Position numbers and translations under genes: made by a program. From Takakia lepidozioides (lineage: Eukaryota > Plantae > Bryophyta): a DNA stretch of 64,000 nucleotides. This document shows positions 37,600 through 49,200 of this stretch, in pieces. How positions within the stretch are numbered: position 1 is the stretch's first letter; each line of letters starts with the position of its first letter. A model generated the notes under the pieces. That model saw only the letters and a program-made list of their open reading frames with translations. It did no database searches and was not told the DNA's origin. The DNA lies in the NCBI GenBank assembly GCA_030704615.1, contig CM060732.1, forward strand, positions 80,476,001 to 80,540,000. Reading direction: 5' to 3'.

Positions 37600-39610
37600 C
37601 TCCCTTTGTAACCTCGATGCACCCACATTTTGCATACATGTCCACCAGGGTATTGTTCATAATGACATTTGGTACAATTCCAGCTCTGAAGATGTCGCCA
37701 TGGACCTCTTTGCCCTTTTCGAGAGCTTCCAGGGTAGTGTTCATAATGACATTTGGTACAATTCCAGCTTTGATTATATCCCCATGCACCTCTTTGCCCT
37801 TGTCCAGGGTTCGATGCACCCACATTTTGCAAGTCCACCAGGGTATTGTTCATAATGACATTTGGTACAATTCCAGCTTTGATGATATCCCCATGCACCT
37901 CTTTGCCCTTGTCCAGGGCTCGATGCACCCACATTTTGCATACAAGTCCACCAGGGTATTGTTCATAATGACATTTGGTACAATTCCAGCTCTGAAGATG
38001 TTGCCATGGACCTCTTTCCCCTTTTCCAGAGCTGCTAGGGCAATGTTCAGAATTACATTTGGTACCATTTCAGCTTTGATTATATCCCCATGCACCTCTT
38101 TGCCCTTGTCCAGGGCTCGATGCACTCACATTTTGCATACAAGTCCACCTTGGTATTGTTCAGAATGACAAGGTCCATCCCGCAACCCTGTTGTGCATGT
38201 CCTATGATCTGAATCGCGTTCCACAACACCACATCACATTCAGCCATAATGTCAAACACCCCCTTTGCATCTTCAACATTCCCACATTTGGCATACATAT
38301 CCAGCAAGGCAGTGTTCAGAACGACATTTGGTACAATTCCAGCTTTGACAATGTCACCATGGACCAAGACATTTTCCAAGGCTGCCAAGCTTGCACATGC
38401 ATTGCGAACGCCAACAAAGGTGATCTAGTTGGGCTTCACCCCTTCCAGCATCATTTGCTCATAGGTCTCCAAAGCCTCCATCCCACGACCCTGCTGTGCA
38501 TATCCTGCGATCATCGCGCTCCATGACACCGCATCACGTTCAGCCATTTTGTCGAACATTGCCTTTGCATCTTCAATGCACCCAAATTTGGCATACATGT
38601 CCACCAGGGCAATGTTCAGAATGACATCTGGTACAATTCCAGCTTGACGATGTCAGCATGGACCTCTTTGCCCTTTTCCAGGGCTGCCAGGCTCGCACAC
38701 GCATTGCAAACGCAAACAAATGTGATGTGGTCGGGCTTCACCCCTTCCAGCCTCATTTGTTCATAGATCTCCAAAGCATTTGTACCACACCCATGCTTGG
38801 TAAATCCTGCCAACATTATAATATTCCACGTGATCAAATATCGTTGAGGCATTCTGTTGAACACTTGGTGAGCATCCATGATGCTCCCGCACTTAACATA
38901 CATGTTGACAAGGGTGTTGCGTAAAAAAACGTTCGGCTTGAATCCACTTTGGATGTTGTGAGCGTGCACCTGCTTTCCAGCTTCCAGGCCTTTCATCTTG
39001 ATGCACTTATGCAAGAGATAGACATACGTATCTGAATCTGCTGAAATGCCTCTTCCTTGGCATAAAGTCTGTAGAGCCATGTCAGTCAGTCTACTTCACA
39101 AAGCATCTTCACATGCCCAGAAGTCCCAGAAGAGTCATTGTGGACTCCCTCTCTTGGTCCTCTTTTAGAAGCTGTGGTCTGCCTCACTTTATCAACTGTG
39201 TCGGTGCCGCTGCTGCTTCCAGTTGACCATCTACCCATGCAGGTTTTGTGTAGCTATTGATCCACAGGGAATCATAGGTAATCTTGTGCTTGAAATCCGG
39301 CCCTCTTGGATGAATCTGGACGCATACTCTATCCTTGCTCCTTCAGCTATCTGCCCCTCTGCACAAATCATGCATAGATCCTCGCCTTGCTGCCAGCAAC
39401 TGACAATGATTTGTTCTAACAAATAACCCAACCCTACTTATCACACTAGCTCCTATGCTAATTGCATCTGCTTTTCTTGGTAATCTAACAGCATTCACTT
39501 TCTTGCCCCGCTTGTCCCACCATTGACTGGGGTCGGAGAAGTATTCATTCCATAGCTTCTCCTCATCTCTGTTATCTGTTTTTGGATACTTTCCAGTTGC
39601 CACATTGGCA
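37600..39610 (-). pseudogene. PDF-motif + PLS-class PPR fusion pseudogene
   Basis: Exon A EEKLWNEYFSDPSQWWDKRGKK ends at 39499. GT-AG intron 39498-39316. Exon B IHPRGPDFKHKITYDSLWINSYTKPAWVDGQLEAAAA runs, via a linker with a stop and frameshift, into VKMLCE..MALQTL..DSDTYVYLLHKC and then L-S-P PPR triplets. Confidence 0.85.
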
Positions 39611-39764
39611 GTAACATATCAAAGCACTTGTGATCGCGGTTGTTCCACCATCGTGAAGGATCTGTAAAAAACTCATGTCAGCTCTGCTCCGCCGAGTAAT
39701 TCAAGGCCGAGACTGATGAGAGGGCAAAACAGGCTGAAACAAGTCGAAGAAGAATCAGGCAGCT

Positions 39765-40248
39765 CGCACACGCATTGCATCTACAAACGAACGTGACCAA
39801 GTCTGTCTACCTTTACCCCTTCCCGCATCATTTGCTCATAGGTCTCCAATGCCTCCATCCCGCGTTGGGGCGTATCCGACGATCATCACACTCTAGGACA
39901 CGACATTTCGTTCAGCCATATTCTCAAACACTCCCTTTGTATCCTCAATACTGCCACATCTGTCTCTGTTACATGTTTCTAGATACCCTAAATTTGACAA
40001 TGTCACCATGGACCTTTTACCCTTTTCCAGGGCTGCCAGGCTCGCACACGCATTGCAAACACAAACGACCGTGACCCCAGTTCGGCTTCACCCCTTCCCG
40101 CATTATTTGCTCATACGTCTCCGAAGCCTCTATACCATGCCCACGCTGTGCATATCCTCGCCCTTCCTGCATCATTTGCTCAAGAATAGCTCTGCAAAGC
40201 CTCCATCCCGCGCCCTTACATATCCTGCGATCATCACGTTCCATGCTC
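39765..40248 (-). pseudogene. Degenerate PLS PPR fragment upstream of the PDF module
   Basis: WNVMIAGY, GYAQRGHGIEASETYEQIMREGVKPN, FVCNACASLAALEKG motifs with deletions. Confidence 0.8.
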
Positions 40249-40329
40249 TCGGCTCTTTACTAAGAAAACGCGCAGGAGACCCAAAAAAACAAAGCCAAAA
40301 TGAGGCTAAGTCCCAGCCCTCTAATGGGC

Positions 40330-42885
40330 AACCCTACAAATAACTTTTTGAATTTTTTAACCTTTTGGCTACTAAGCTTGCACTAGAAGTCATTCCGGCG
40401 ACTGTTGGTGGCAAGCTGGCGCTGGTGAATCATCCTTGACCACCCTTCCGTCTCATGCGGAGCCATGCAGTCATGACGACGTCTACCAACGTAGTCCTCT
40501 GAGCGACGATCTGTTGTAGTGCTCAAGTCAAACTTCCTTAAGTCAAACTTCCTAGGAACATTTTTAGTTATTTTGGAAACTTCTAGGAAACTTTCCTCCT
40601 CCATCTAGAACCTTCTAGATTCTACCCTATTACAATCTTCCCCTCTTTCAAGAAGCAACGTCATCGTTGTTCGAATTTTCAAAAGTTTGAATTGTCAATT
40701 GAGCATTTGCGAGATTTTGCACCGGTTCCTTTCCATAAAACCAAATACTCCAACACCTCATGTTGCCCCCGTTTGTACGTGCGTTTTTTCAGAACACGGT
40801 CGATCTCCCACTCTTCATTTTTGTCTATCAATTCTGGTAAAGATTATGGTTCTTGATTATCTTTGAATATTGATGGTCGAGGTTCGTAACGACGTGTGAA
40901 ACACCGGGTGGATCTTCATATGTGGTGGTAACTTCAGCTTGTATGCTACTGCTCCAATACGTTTAGTGATCGAAAAAAGACCAATTAACCATAACCCTAA
41001 TTTTCGCGATCCAATGATGTGTAAGTTGGTTGTAGATAACCACATTTGATCCCCAACTGCAAACTCCTCATTCCGTCGATGTGTATTTGCATATTGTTTT
41101 TGGCGATTTTGGGCAACCATCAGCTTCTCTTTAGCTTGACGTACTCCCCGTCGAATTTGTTGCACAAATGCGTTAGTCGCGGCTACCTTGGATACCTCCT
41201 CTTTGGTAACTTGAACTTTGTAAGAGTTGTTGGCACATTTGGGTGTTCGCCATATATTAAAAAGAAAAAAGTTTCTTTCGTTGACGCGTTGACGCGTTGA
41301 CCTAGTTATTGTATGAAAATTCTACCAATGGTAATAACCAATCCCACTCTTCTTGTTCTTCTAACGTAAATGCCCGCAACATGTCTTCAATTGTACGATT
41401 CGATCGCTTTGTCTGTCCATCTGACTCCGAATGATAGGCTGTTGACATAGCTAATTTGGTTTTAAGAATACCAAATAAGCTTTTCCAAAACAAGCTAGTA
41501 AATTGGGTACCCCATGTCAGTAATGAGAACTTTAGATAGCCCATGATGGGAATAGACCGCTTCCAGATATAGCCGAGCTAGTTCAGGTGCAGTGACGGAT
41601 TTTCTAGTGGGACGGATGTGTTTCATCTTACTCAATTTGTCTACAAAGACCACTGTAGTGTCGTATCCCAATGAGGTTTGAGATAACTCACAAACTAAAT
41701 CCATGCTAAAATGTTCCCAACGTCTGTTTGGTACTGGTAGTGATTGTAAAAGACCTGCTGGCTTGCGGTTTATTGACTTGTTTTGTTGACATTTCATGCA
41801 ACTTCGAACGTACGCCTCCACCTCATCTCACATCCGGGGCCAATAAAATGTTCGTTTCAGTTGTTCGAATGTTTTTTCAACTCCAACATGTCCTACTATC
41901 GCCGTATCATGAGCTTCAAACAAAACTTCTATCTTCAATGCAGGTTCATCAGGGATCCAAAGTTTACCTTCCTTGAATAGCGACCCTCGAACTTCTGTCA
42001 TTTTGCCATTCTTCTTAACGTTCACGATCTCCCCATCATCTTTAGAAGCCGTCGATATTTTGTTCCACCAATCGAGTTAAATGTTGATCTCTGTCAATGT
42101 GTTCATGCGCGGCCTCCTTGTCATTGCATCCGTCAATTGTTGTTTTCCCTTCACATAGACGAGCTTCATGCTAAATTGTTGTTGCCACTCCGCCCAACGA
42201 ATCTGTCTCTTTAATAAATCTTTCTGTGTCTCCAAGTACACCAACGGTTTATGGTCTGTCTCTACTATGAACTCTTTGTCTCCAAGATAGTGCTTCCAAT
42301 GTTTTGTAGCCAAAACAATAGCCAATTCTTTTCGTTCGGTTGTATGGTGATTTTGTTCCGCAGGTAACAACTTGCGAGATGTCGGATCATACCATTTCAA
42401 GATCGGGGCATGAAGCAACGCATCCTTCTAGGCCTAAAATGCTAACTCCTCTTCTGTAGCCCACTTCCATTTAATTCCTTTGACCAAAAAATTTGTCAAT
42501 GGTTGGGCAATCTTCGAGAATGCCCGTACAAATCGTCTGTAGAATCCGGTAAGGCCAAGAAAACTTCTTAATTGGGTAATGCCTTCAGGGGCTATCCACT
42601 GCTGAATAGTTTCTATTTTCTCACTCATCACCTCAATTCACTTCCTACTCACGCGATGCCCAAGATAATCTACTTCTTGTTTTCCAAACTCACATTTAGA
42701 TGCTTTGGCATATAACTGATTCTCACGGAGAACTTGTAGTATTTGTTTAAGGTGGTTTCTATGCTCGACAAGGCTGTTACTATAGATCAAAATATCATCT
42801 AAAAAAACTATCACAAATCTATCTAAGAATGGGCGGAAGATATCATTCATGAGGCCCATGAACGTGGTTGAGGCCATTGAGACAT
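40330..42885 (-). mobile_element. Ty3/gypsy pol 3' half (RT, RNase H, integrase, chromodomain remnant), PPT and LTR start
   Basis: [93 protein letters not shown] precedes an LTR starting TGTAAT at 40634. Confidence 0.92.
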
Positions 42886-45676
42886 TACCTAAAAGCATAG
42901 AGTTGTCGATCGGTATATAAAGAGAAACCTTAGAATGACGAGTGGTTAGACTGTCTCGATATGACGTAATATTATGCATGTCTCGGATGGAATCTCACAA
43001 CCCCGATGTTGATTGGCGTCGAAAGATAATCAAAACCCAGAATTAAAAAATATAAGGAGATCGAGTGAGGACACCATATCGAAACCTACCATCATTTGTT
43101 ATAGGTACTACAACTATATGTAAGAAAGACGTATTATTTGTAGGTTTAATAAGAGACGTGGAAAATCCAAAAAAAAACATGAGTGTATTGAAAGAGTTCA
43201 AAGATGTTTTTCCAGATGACCTACCAGCACGGCTTCCGCCAAAAAGAAGAGTAGATAATAAGATTGAGGTTGTGAAGGGTATATAAACATGCAATGAAAG
43301 CCTGGAAGACATCGAGTTATTTTGGGAAAAAGTTGAGAAATACTTCTATTCTAGTTTGTGTAGATCATGGGTGTTACAGTGGTATCAGAGCCTAGTCTTT
43401 CTTAAAGTTGGGAGTGAATACCCTCTTTAGGAGGATTCGATTAAGATGTTTTTTTTTTAAGATATTTTTGTTGTTAATATTCTTAAGTGTTGAATAGATA
43501 GTTAGTGATGGTGCGTCATAACGATAGTATAAAATTTTTATGGACTTAAATCAACAATTTTCCATGATTTTCCTTTGGAGTGTGAGTTTAAAATTATATG
43601 TCGTCGTAAGACAGAAATTAGAGATATAATAGTACAGAGATTTGGAGAGGAACAATATCAAGAAGTGTTACAAAACCCACGACCTGTTGTCTTTCCTATA
43701 ATTGGAAATTGAAAAGTATACATATGTGTATATACATAGTTCATGGATCGAGGTAGATATTTTCCGCCTAATTTTCCACCGCCAAATGTATTTAGTATCA
43801 ATGTGCGCGCCATCGACAAGCATCATCTTGTAAGATTTTTAGTTGCAGAATTTGGAGTAGAATTCATGAACCTTGTCGTGAGTTCAAACGTCCCTTTTGT
43901 ATTACTAATAGTCACGTACGAGATGGTTTGGGATTGCACTATTTACATACTGTATTAGGATAAGAGAATAGAGATAGTATAAATTAATCTTAGAAGACAA
44001 ACACCACGAAGGAAGGAGTAGTGGAGCAAAATGGCGGACAATGAAAAAATGGTGGACAACGCACACACTACTCATCAAGCCAATGATCAGACGGTGTAAA
44101 TAATGGAGCGTTTACACGAATTGCAGAATGCTCATGTCACGACCCAACAACAAAACAACGTGTTGATGGATGAGCTCAAACAAATGAGACAATCAACCGC
44201 CCCGAGATTGGTTGCTGGTGGGTCGGATACGTTACTGCAAAAGATGACCAAGACGTGCAAGGTTGAGCCGTATAAAGGAAGTCGCGTCATGAGAGTGCTA
44301 GAAAGATGGATTTATCGAATGGAGGTACATCTGTCATATTTCCCTGCATCAAGCGATTGAGACCACAGAATGTTCATACGATCTTTTCTACTCGACAATG
44401 CTTCAACATGATTACAGACATGGGAGAGAAAACAGATTGCAAAATGAGAACCTTTACTATGGAGCACCTTGAAAGCGAGACTGCTCTAACAATTCAAGGC
44501 AGTAGATGCTGTTACAACTGCTCAAATGAAATTATGGAATTTGAAATAACGCGGGAGTGTGCAAAATTACATTGAAGATTTTTTAATCTTCAGGTCCAAA
44601 TCGAAGACATGAGTCCTGCAGAAGCATTAGACAACTTCAAAAGATGATTGAAGAAGAAAATTCAAGGAGAGGTAAATTTACGCAACCTGGTTGATGTCCA
44701 CGAAACAATTTCATTGGCCCAAAAGATTGAAGGGATGTTACCAAGATACGACGAAGGTATACACGTTCCATTGAACCAGTACGAACCAACGCCTATGGAG
44801 CTTGGAAATCTTCGAAGACGGGATATCTTCCAATACTCTCAAAGATTCAGACCGGGAATCAGATATGGGGAAGATAACACACAACAGCGAATGAAATTGA
44901 ATGACAAGGATTTGACCTCCTCAACATTCTCACGAACAAAAGGACAAAGGGAAACTAGACAATGTTACAACTGTGGAAAATACGGACATCTTGCGGCCAA
45001 CTGCCGAAGTGGAAGGTACAATCGACAAACTTATCGAAGACATCTTAACAGTTTAAGGAGATGAGAAGATAACAAACATCACAATGAGGAGGAAAACGAG
45101 GACAACCAGTAAGTAGACCTCGCGGTCTTACTGGTTCTACAAAGAAGAGGAAAGACGAGGGGCCCTACAAGGAGAAGAGACAAATCAATTATGCGGGCAA
45201 GAAAGAGACGCGGTTAATTGTGGCAGACGGAACCTTGGAAGGTATTCATGTGAGAGTGTTGATAGACCCTGTGGCAACAGAAAACTTCTTATCTAGAAAG
45301 GTTGCCTTGAAACTATGATTCTCCTTAGAAAAGGATGAAAGAGAGGAAGTAGAAATGCCAAATGAACATACAGATGTCATTGAGACACTACCTAAAAGCA
45401 TAGAGTTATCGATCGGTAAATATAGAGAAACCTTAAAAGCGAGTAGTCAGACTGGTTCGATATGACGTAATATTAGGCATGCATTAGATGGAATCTGACA
45501 ACCCGATGTTGATTGGCGTCGAAAGATAGTCAAAACCCAGATTTGGAAAATATGGGGAGATCGAATGAGGACACCATATCGAAACATACCATCATTTGTT
45601 ATAGGTACTACAGCTATATGTAAGAAAGACGTATTATTTGTAGGTTTAATAAGAGACGTGGAAAATCCAAAAAAAA
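42886..45676 (+). mobile_element. Ty3/gypsy 5' half in the opposite orientation: protease-RT linker, LTR 3' end, PBS, gag (CCHC), protease
   Basis: EFKDVFPDDLPARLPPKR. LTR end GTTACA is followed by the tRNA-iMet PBS TGGTATCAGAG (43380). Gag EPTPMELG and CYNCGKYGHLAANC. Protease VLIDPVATENFLS. 42886-43176 is duplicated at 45379-45676. Confidence 0.88.
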
Positions 45677-47019
45677 TCTTGGCAAGTTAATGCCGCATTA
45701 CATACTATTCAGCTTTATATTAAATAACAACTTCAAGACACTACTCTTTTGCATTCAAAATGTTTATCAATTAAAAAAGAATTGCATGCTGCTAGGACAT
45801 CCAATTCTAGACAAACGGACATTTTTCTTCTTTTAATTTAAATTAATATGTAAATATTACTTTCCATCGCCAAGTAATAGAAGTGTCCGGGGAGTTGAAT
45901 GCCCTGACACCCCTGTTAGCGGGCCCCAGAGACGGCCCACCCGCCCCTCCCCTGGGCGACCCACCCTCCGCGGTCGCTTCGCCGATCGTGGTTAAATACA
46001 TGAATACCCGAATTACATGATCGTCACACCCTCATGCCGTCCACATGCATGACGCCACATGCCTCGCGCCCATCCATGCCCCAACATGCATATATACACA
46101 TGACAGGTCACATGACATAAGTATGAGATATGCCTAGATTTATTTTTTACAAGGATGCCACTCACGTGCGAAATGTCTGAAGCGGTCTTTGTCCAGTGGC
46201 TTGGCGTCCTTCACTTCTGCCGTGCCCACAATGATCACCACCACTCTCCATGATCTCTTTCATTAGTGTAATGACATTGTCTTTGCATGCTCTTGTGGAG
46301 GAGAATGATCGTTGGTTATGCCACTTCGAACGTCATCGATGGAAAGAATGTGCAAGAAAAAACTGAGAACACACTTGCGACAGATTCACATGTTTGTGTT
46401 TTGACCATACGAGCAACGATCACCAGACGGCCAGCAGCAGGAGCATCAAGCAGACCATTACCTAGGGTTTGTGACATTTGTCAAGTTATTTTATCACTAG
46501 TGTGAAGTTAGCTAGGAAATAGCTAGCTTTTATATATTGACATCTGGGATTGACCCAAGTGTCAATCCAGGGCCCAATACATGTTTGGGCACTTGACGTG
46601 GTTATCTTCACGGCAAATCGTGATGGGCTCATCTTTCTCGAGTTGAGCCTCACCCCGTCTAGCTATGACACCGTAGTGTGGATTCCCCATGGCGTGGGGT
46701 GCACTTGGTTCGACTTAATGTATGAGTGATGTTTTCATGTGCAAGTGTGTGAAGTTTGAGAGAGCTTGTTTGCTTGTATCATTCTTCTTTATCACTCAAG
46801 AAAGATGAGCTCGAGTTTGTGAGTGCCAAGTTCGAGTTGTTTTGTAGCACTTGTGTTTTCATGAGAAGCGGCCCAGTTACCAGCGTTACGTCCGTCCGTC
46901 AACGTCAGGTCACGTCAAACCTGACGCTGACGGGACCTCCGCCACGTCAGGTTCGGTGAATATTCTGGTAAAAAATAGTATCAGGTAAAATACTGCCACT
47001 TAAGCAACCACGTCGCCGA

Positions 47020-48245
47020 CACGGTGGCGGTGGCAAATATATTTTGAAAATTAACAAAACGAACACGACCGCAAATTCGCTTTGTTTTTCGAAATTAAAA
47101 AAGAAATAGCGACCGCCGTATTGGCGGTCGCTTCAATTCTTATTTTTTTTAAAAGCAAGATTGGTGGTCGCACTGGCGGCCGCTTTTTTTTTCGAAATAG
47201 AAATAGAAATAGCGACCGCCATATTTGCGGTCGCTTCAAATGTTTATTTTTTAAAAGCAAGATTGGCGGTCGCACTAGCGGTCGCCTTATTTTTCGAATT
47301 AAAAAAACAAATAGCGACCGCTATGTTGGCGGTCACTTCAATTTATTTTTAAATAAAAACAAGATTGGCGGGCGTATTGGCGGTCGTCTAATTTAAAAAA
47401 GAAAAACAAGCGACTGCCATATTGGCGGTCGCACGGTGGCAAATACATTTTTAAAAATTAACAAAATGAACGCGACCGCCAATTATGGCGATCGCTTCAA
47501 TTTTTTTTTTTAAAAGCAAGATTGGCGGTCGCTTTATTTTTTGAAATAGAAAAAGAAATAGCGACCGCCATATTGGCGGTCGCTTCAAATTATTATTTTT
47601 TAAAAGCAAGATTGGCGGTTGCACTGGCGGTCGCTTTATTTTTCGAATTAAAAAAAGAAATAGCGACCGCTATCTTGGCGGTCGCTTCAATTTATTTAAA
47701 AAGAAAATCAAGGTTGGCGGTCGCATTGGCGGTCGCCTAATTTGAAAAAGAAAACAAGCGACTACCGTATTGGCGGTCGCACAATTTTGTAAATATATAT
47801 AGAACAAGCGACCGCTATATGGCGGTCGGATAATTTCAAAAATATATTAAAAAAACAGCGACCGCCATTGGGCAGTCGCTTAATTTTAAAAATATATAGA
47901 AAAACAAACGACCGCCATAAAATATAAAGATTAAAAGCGGCCGCCTTACTGGCGGCCGTTTTTTTTTTTAATATTAAAAATAACAGCGACCACCATATTG
48001 GCGGTCGCTTTATTTTAAATATATTATCAAATGAAGCGACCGCCATACCGGCAGTCGCATTATATTTTGAAATAAAAAACAATAGTGACCGCCATACCGG
48101 CGGTCGCTTAAATTTAAAAATATACAAAATAGAAATGACCGCAATATTGCACAAAATGAAAGGAAATAAAAGCGACCGCAGTAGTGGCGGTCGGTTGTTT
48201 TTCATTTAAAAAAAAAATAGCGACCGTAGTATTAGCGGTCGCTTA
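47020..48245. repeat. Array of GCGACCGCC / GGCGGTCGC motifs in both orientations with AT-rich spacers (CACTA subterminal region)
   Basis: Dozens of copies, many as palindromes GCGACCGCCATATTGGCGGTCGC, adjacent to CACTA transposase remnants. Confidence 0.85.
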
Positions 48246-48559
48246 ATTTCAAAATTACAACAAATATGGTTGTACAGCTTTTTTCGGATGGGCGCTATTG
48301 GTTCGTCATTTATTCATTTCACTTTCATTTCACTTTCATCCCTCTTAGATCATATATAAAGGAGGAGGGTCACCAAGCTCCTCACTTCTTTTGGCGCAAA
48401 CACTTGAGGTTGCTTTGGATGTTCTCTTCCATTGAACAAGAGTGTAGCCCAAGAAGAGGATGTGCACATTTTGCCGTTGTGGCTTCACCAAAGCCACTTC
48501 AGCAGATTGTGTATAAGCTCAACACTACAACCCACATCGACCCATTTGGGTTGTTGACA

Positions 48560-49200
48560 GGTGTAGAAGTGTTGCTACAGAACATTGAAACCATTGTATC
48601 TTACTTGCGAAAGTATGAAATTGTGAAAGAACTAGCCCTTGTTGAAAGAGAGGCAATTCCCCCTTTTGCAGAGTGGTTACAAGAGGCAGTGGACAATGGG
48701 GTGAGGAATGACGTGGATTTCGACATGGACGTTTGGCGTCTGAGTTTGCGTCTGTTGTTGCGTGTGAAATCATACCCCTCAATAAGACCATATAAAAACC
48801 ATTACAGTAAATCATACACGGATAGACGTTTGTATCTAACCTTTGATTCTAGGATGAGTTCAGTTTTTGAGCAAGAAATGAATACTTCAACTGATTCCGA
48901 TCCACTGATGGACTCTTTGAAATATGTGGGGGTCATTGATGAGCTCTTGGAATTGGATTACGGAGGCCTATGACATGTTCTCTTTAAGTACACATGGATG
49001 AAGACCATAATGACAGGTTGCAATGCTACCATGGTCGTGGACGATGATGGGTTCTTCCTGGTGGATTTTACACGAACTTTGACAGAGTATGATCAACCAT
49101 TTATCTACCCCTCGCAAGTCGATCAAGTTTTCTTTTATGATGACAATCACCGTCGGGGATGGAAGGTTGTCTTGCAGAAAGATTCACGAAAGATAGAGAG
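48560..49200 (+). mobile_element. CACTA (En/Spm) transposase C-terminal remnant (DUF4216-like)
   Basis: YVGVIDELLELDYG..VLFKYTW...VDDDGFFLVDF...DQPFIYPSQVDQVFF...WKVVL. Confidence 0.85.

Noticed and set aside
25275-39080. Premature stops in PPR frames as sites repaired by U-to-C editing
   Set aside because: These are nuclear sequences and they also carry frameshifts and deletions, so ordinary pseudogenisation is sufficient.
39705-39750. Hammerhead-ribozyme-like CTGATGAG...GAAAC
   Set aside because: The sequence between the core motifs (AGGGCAAAACAGGCT) cannot form stem II, and no convincing stems I/III were found.
47020-48245. CRISPR-like palindromic repeats with spacers
   Set aside because: Spacing is irregular, orientation is mixed, spacers are low-complexity A/T and recurring, and CACTA transposase lies adjacent.
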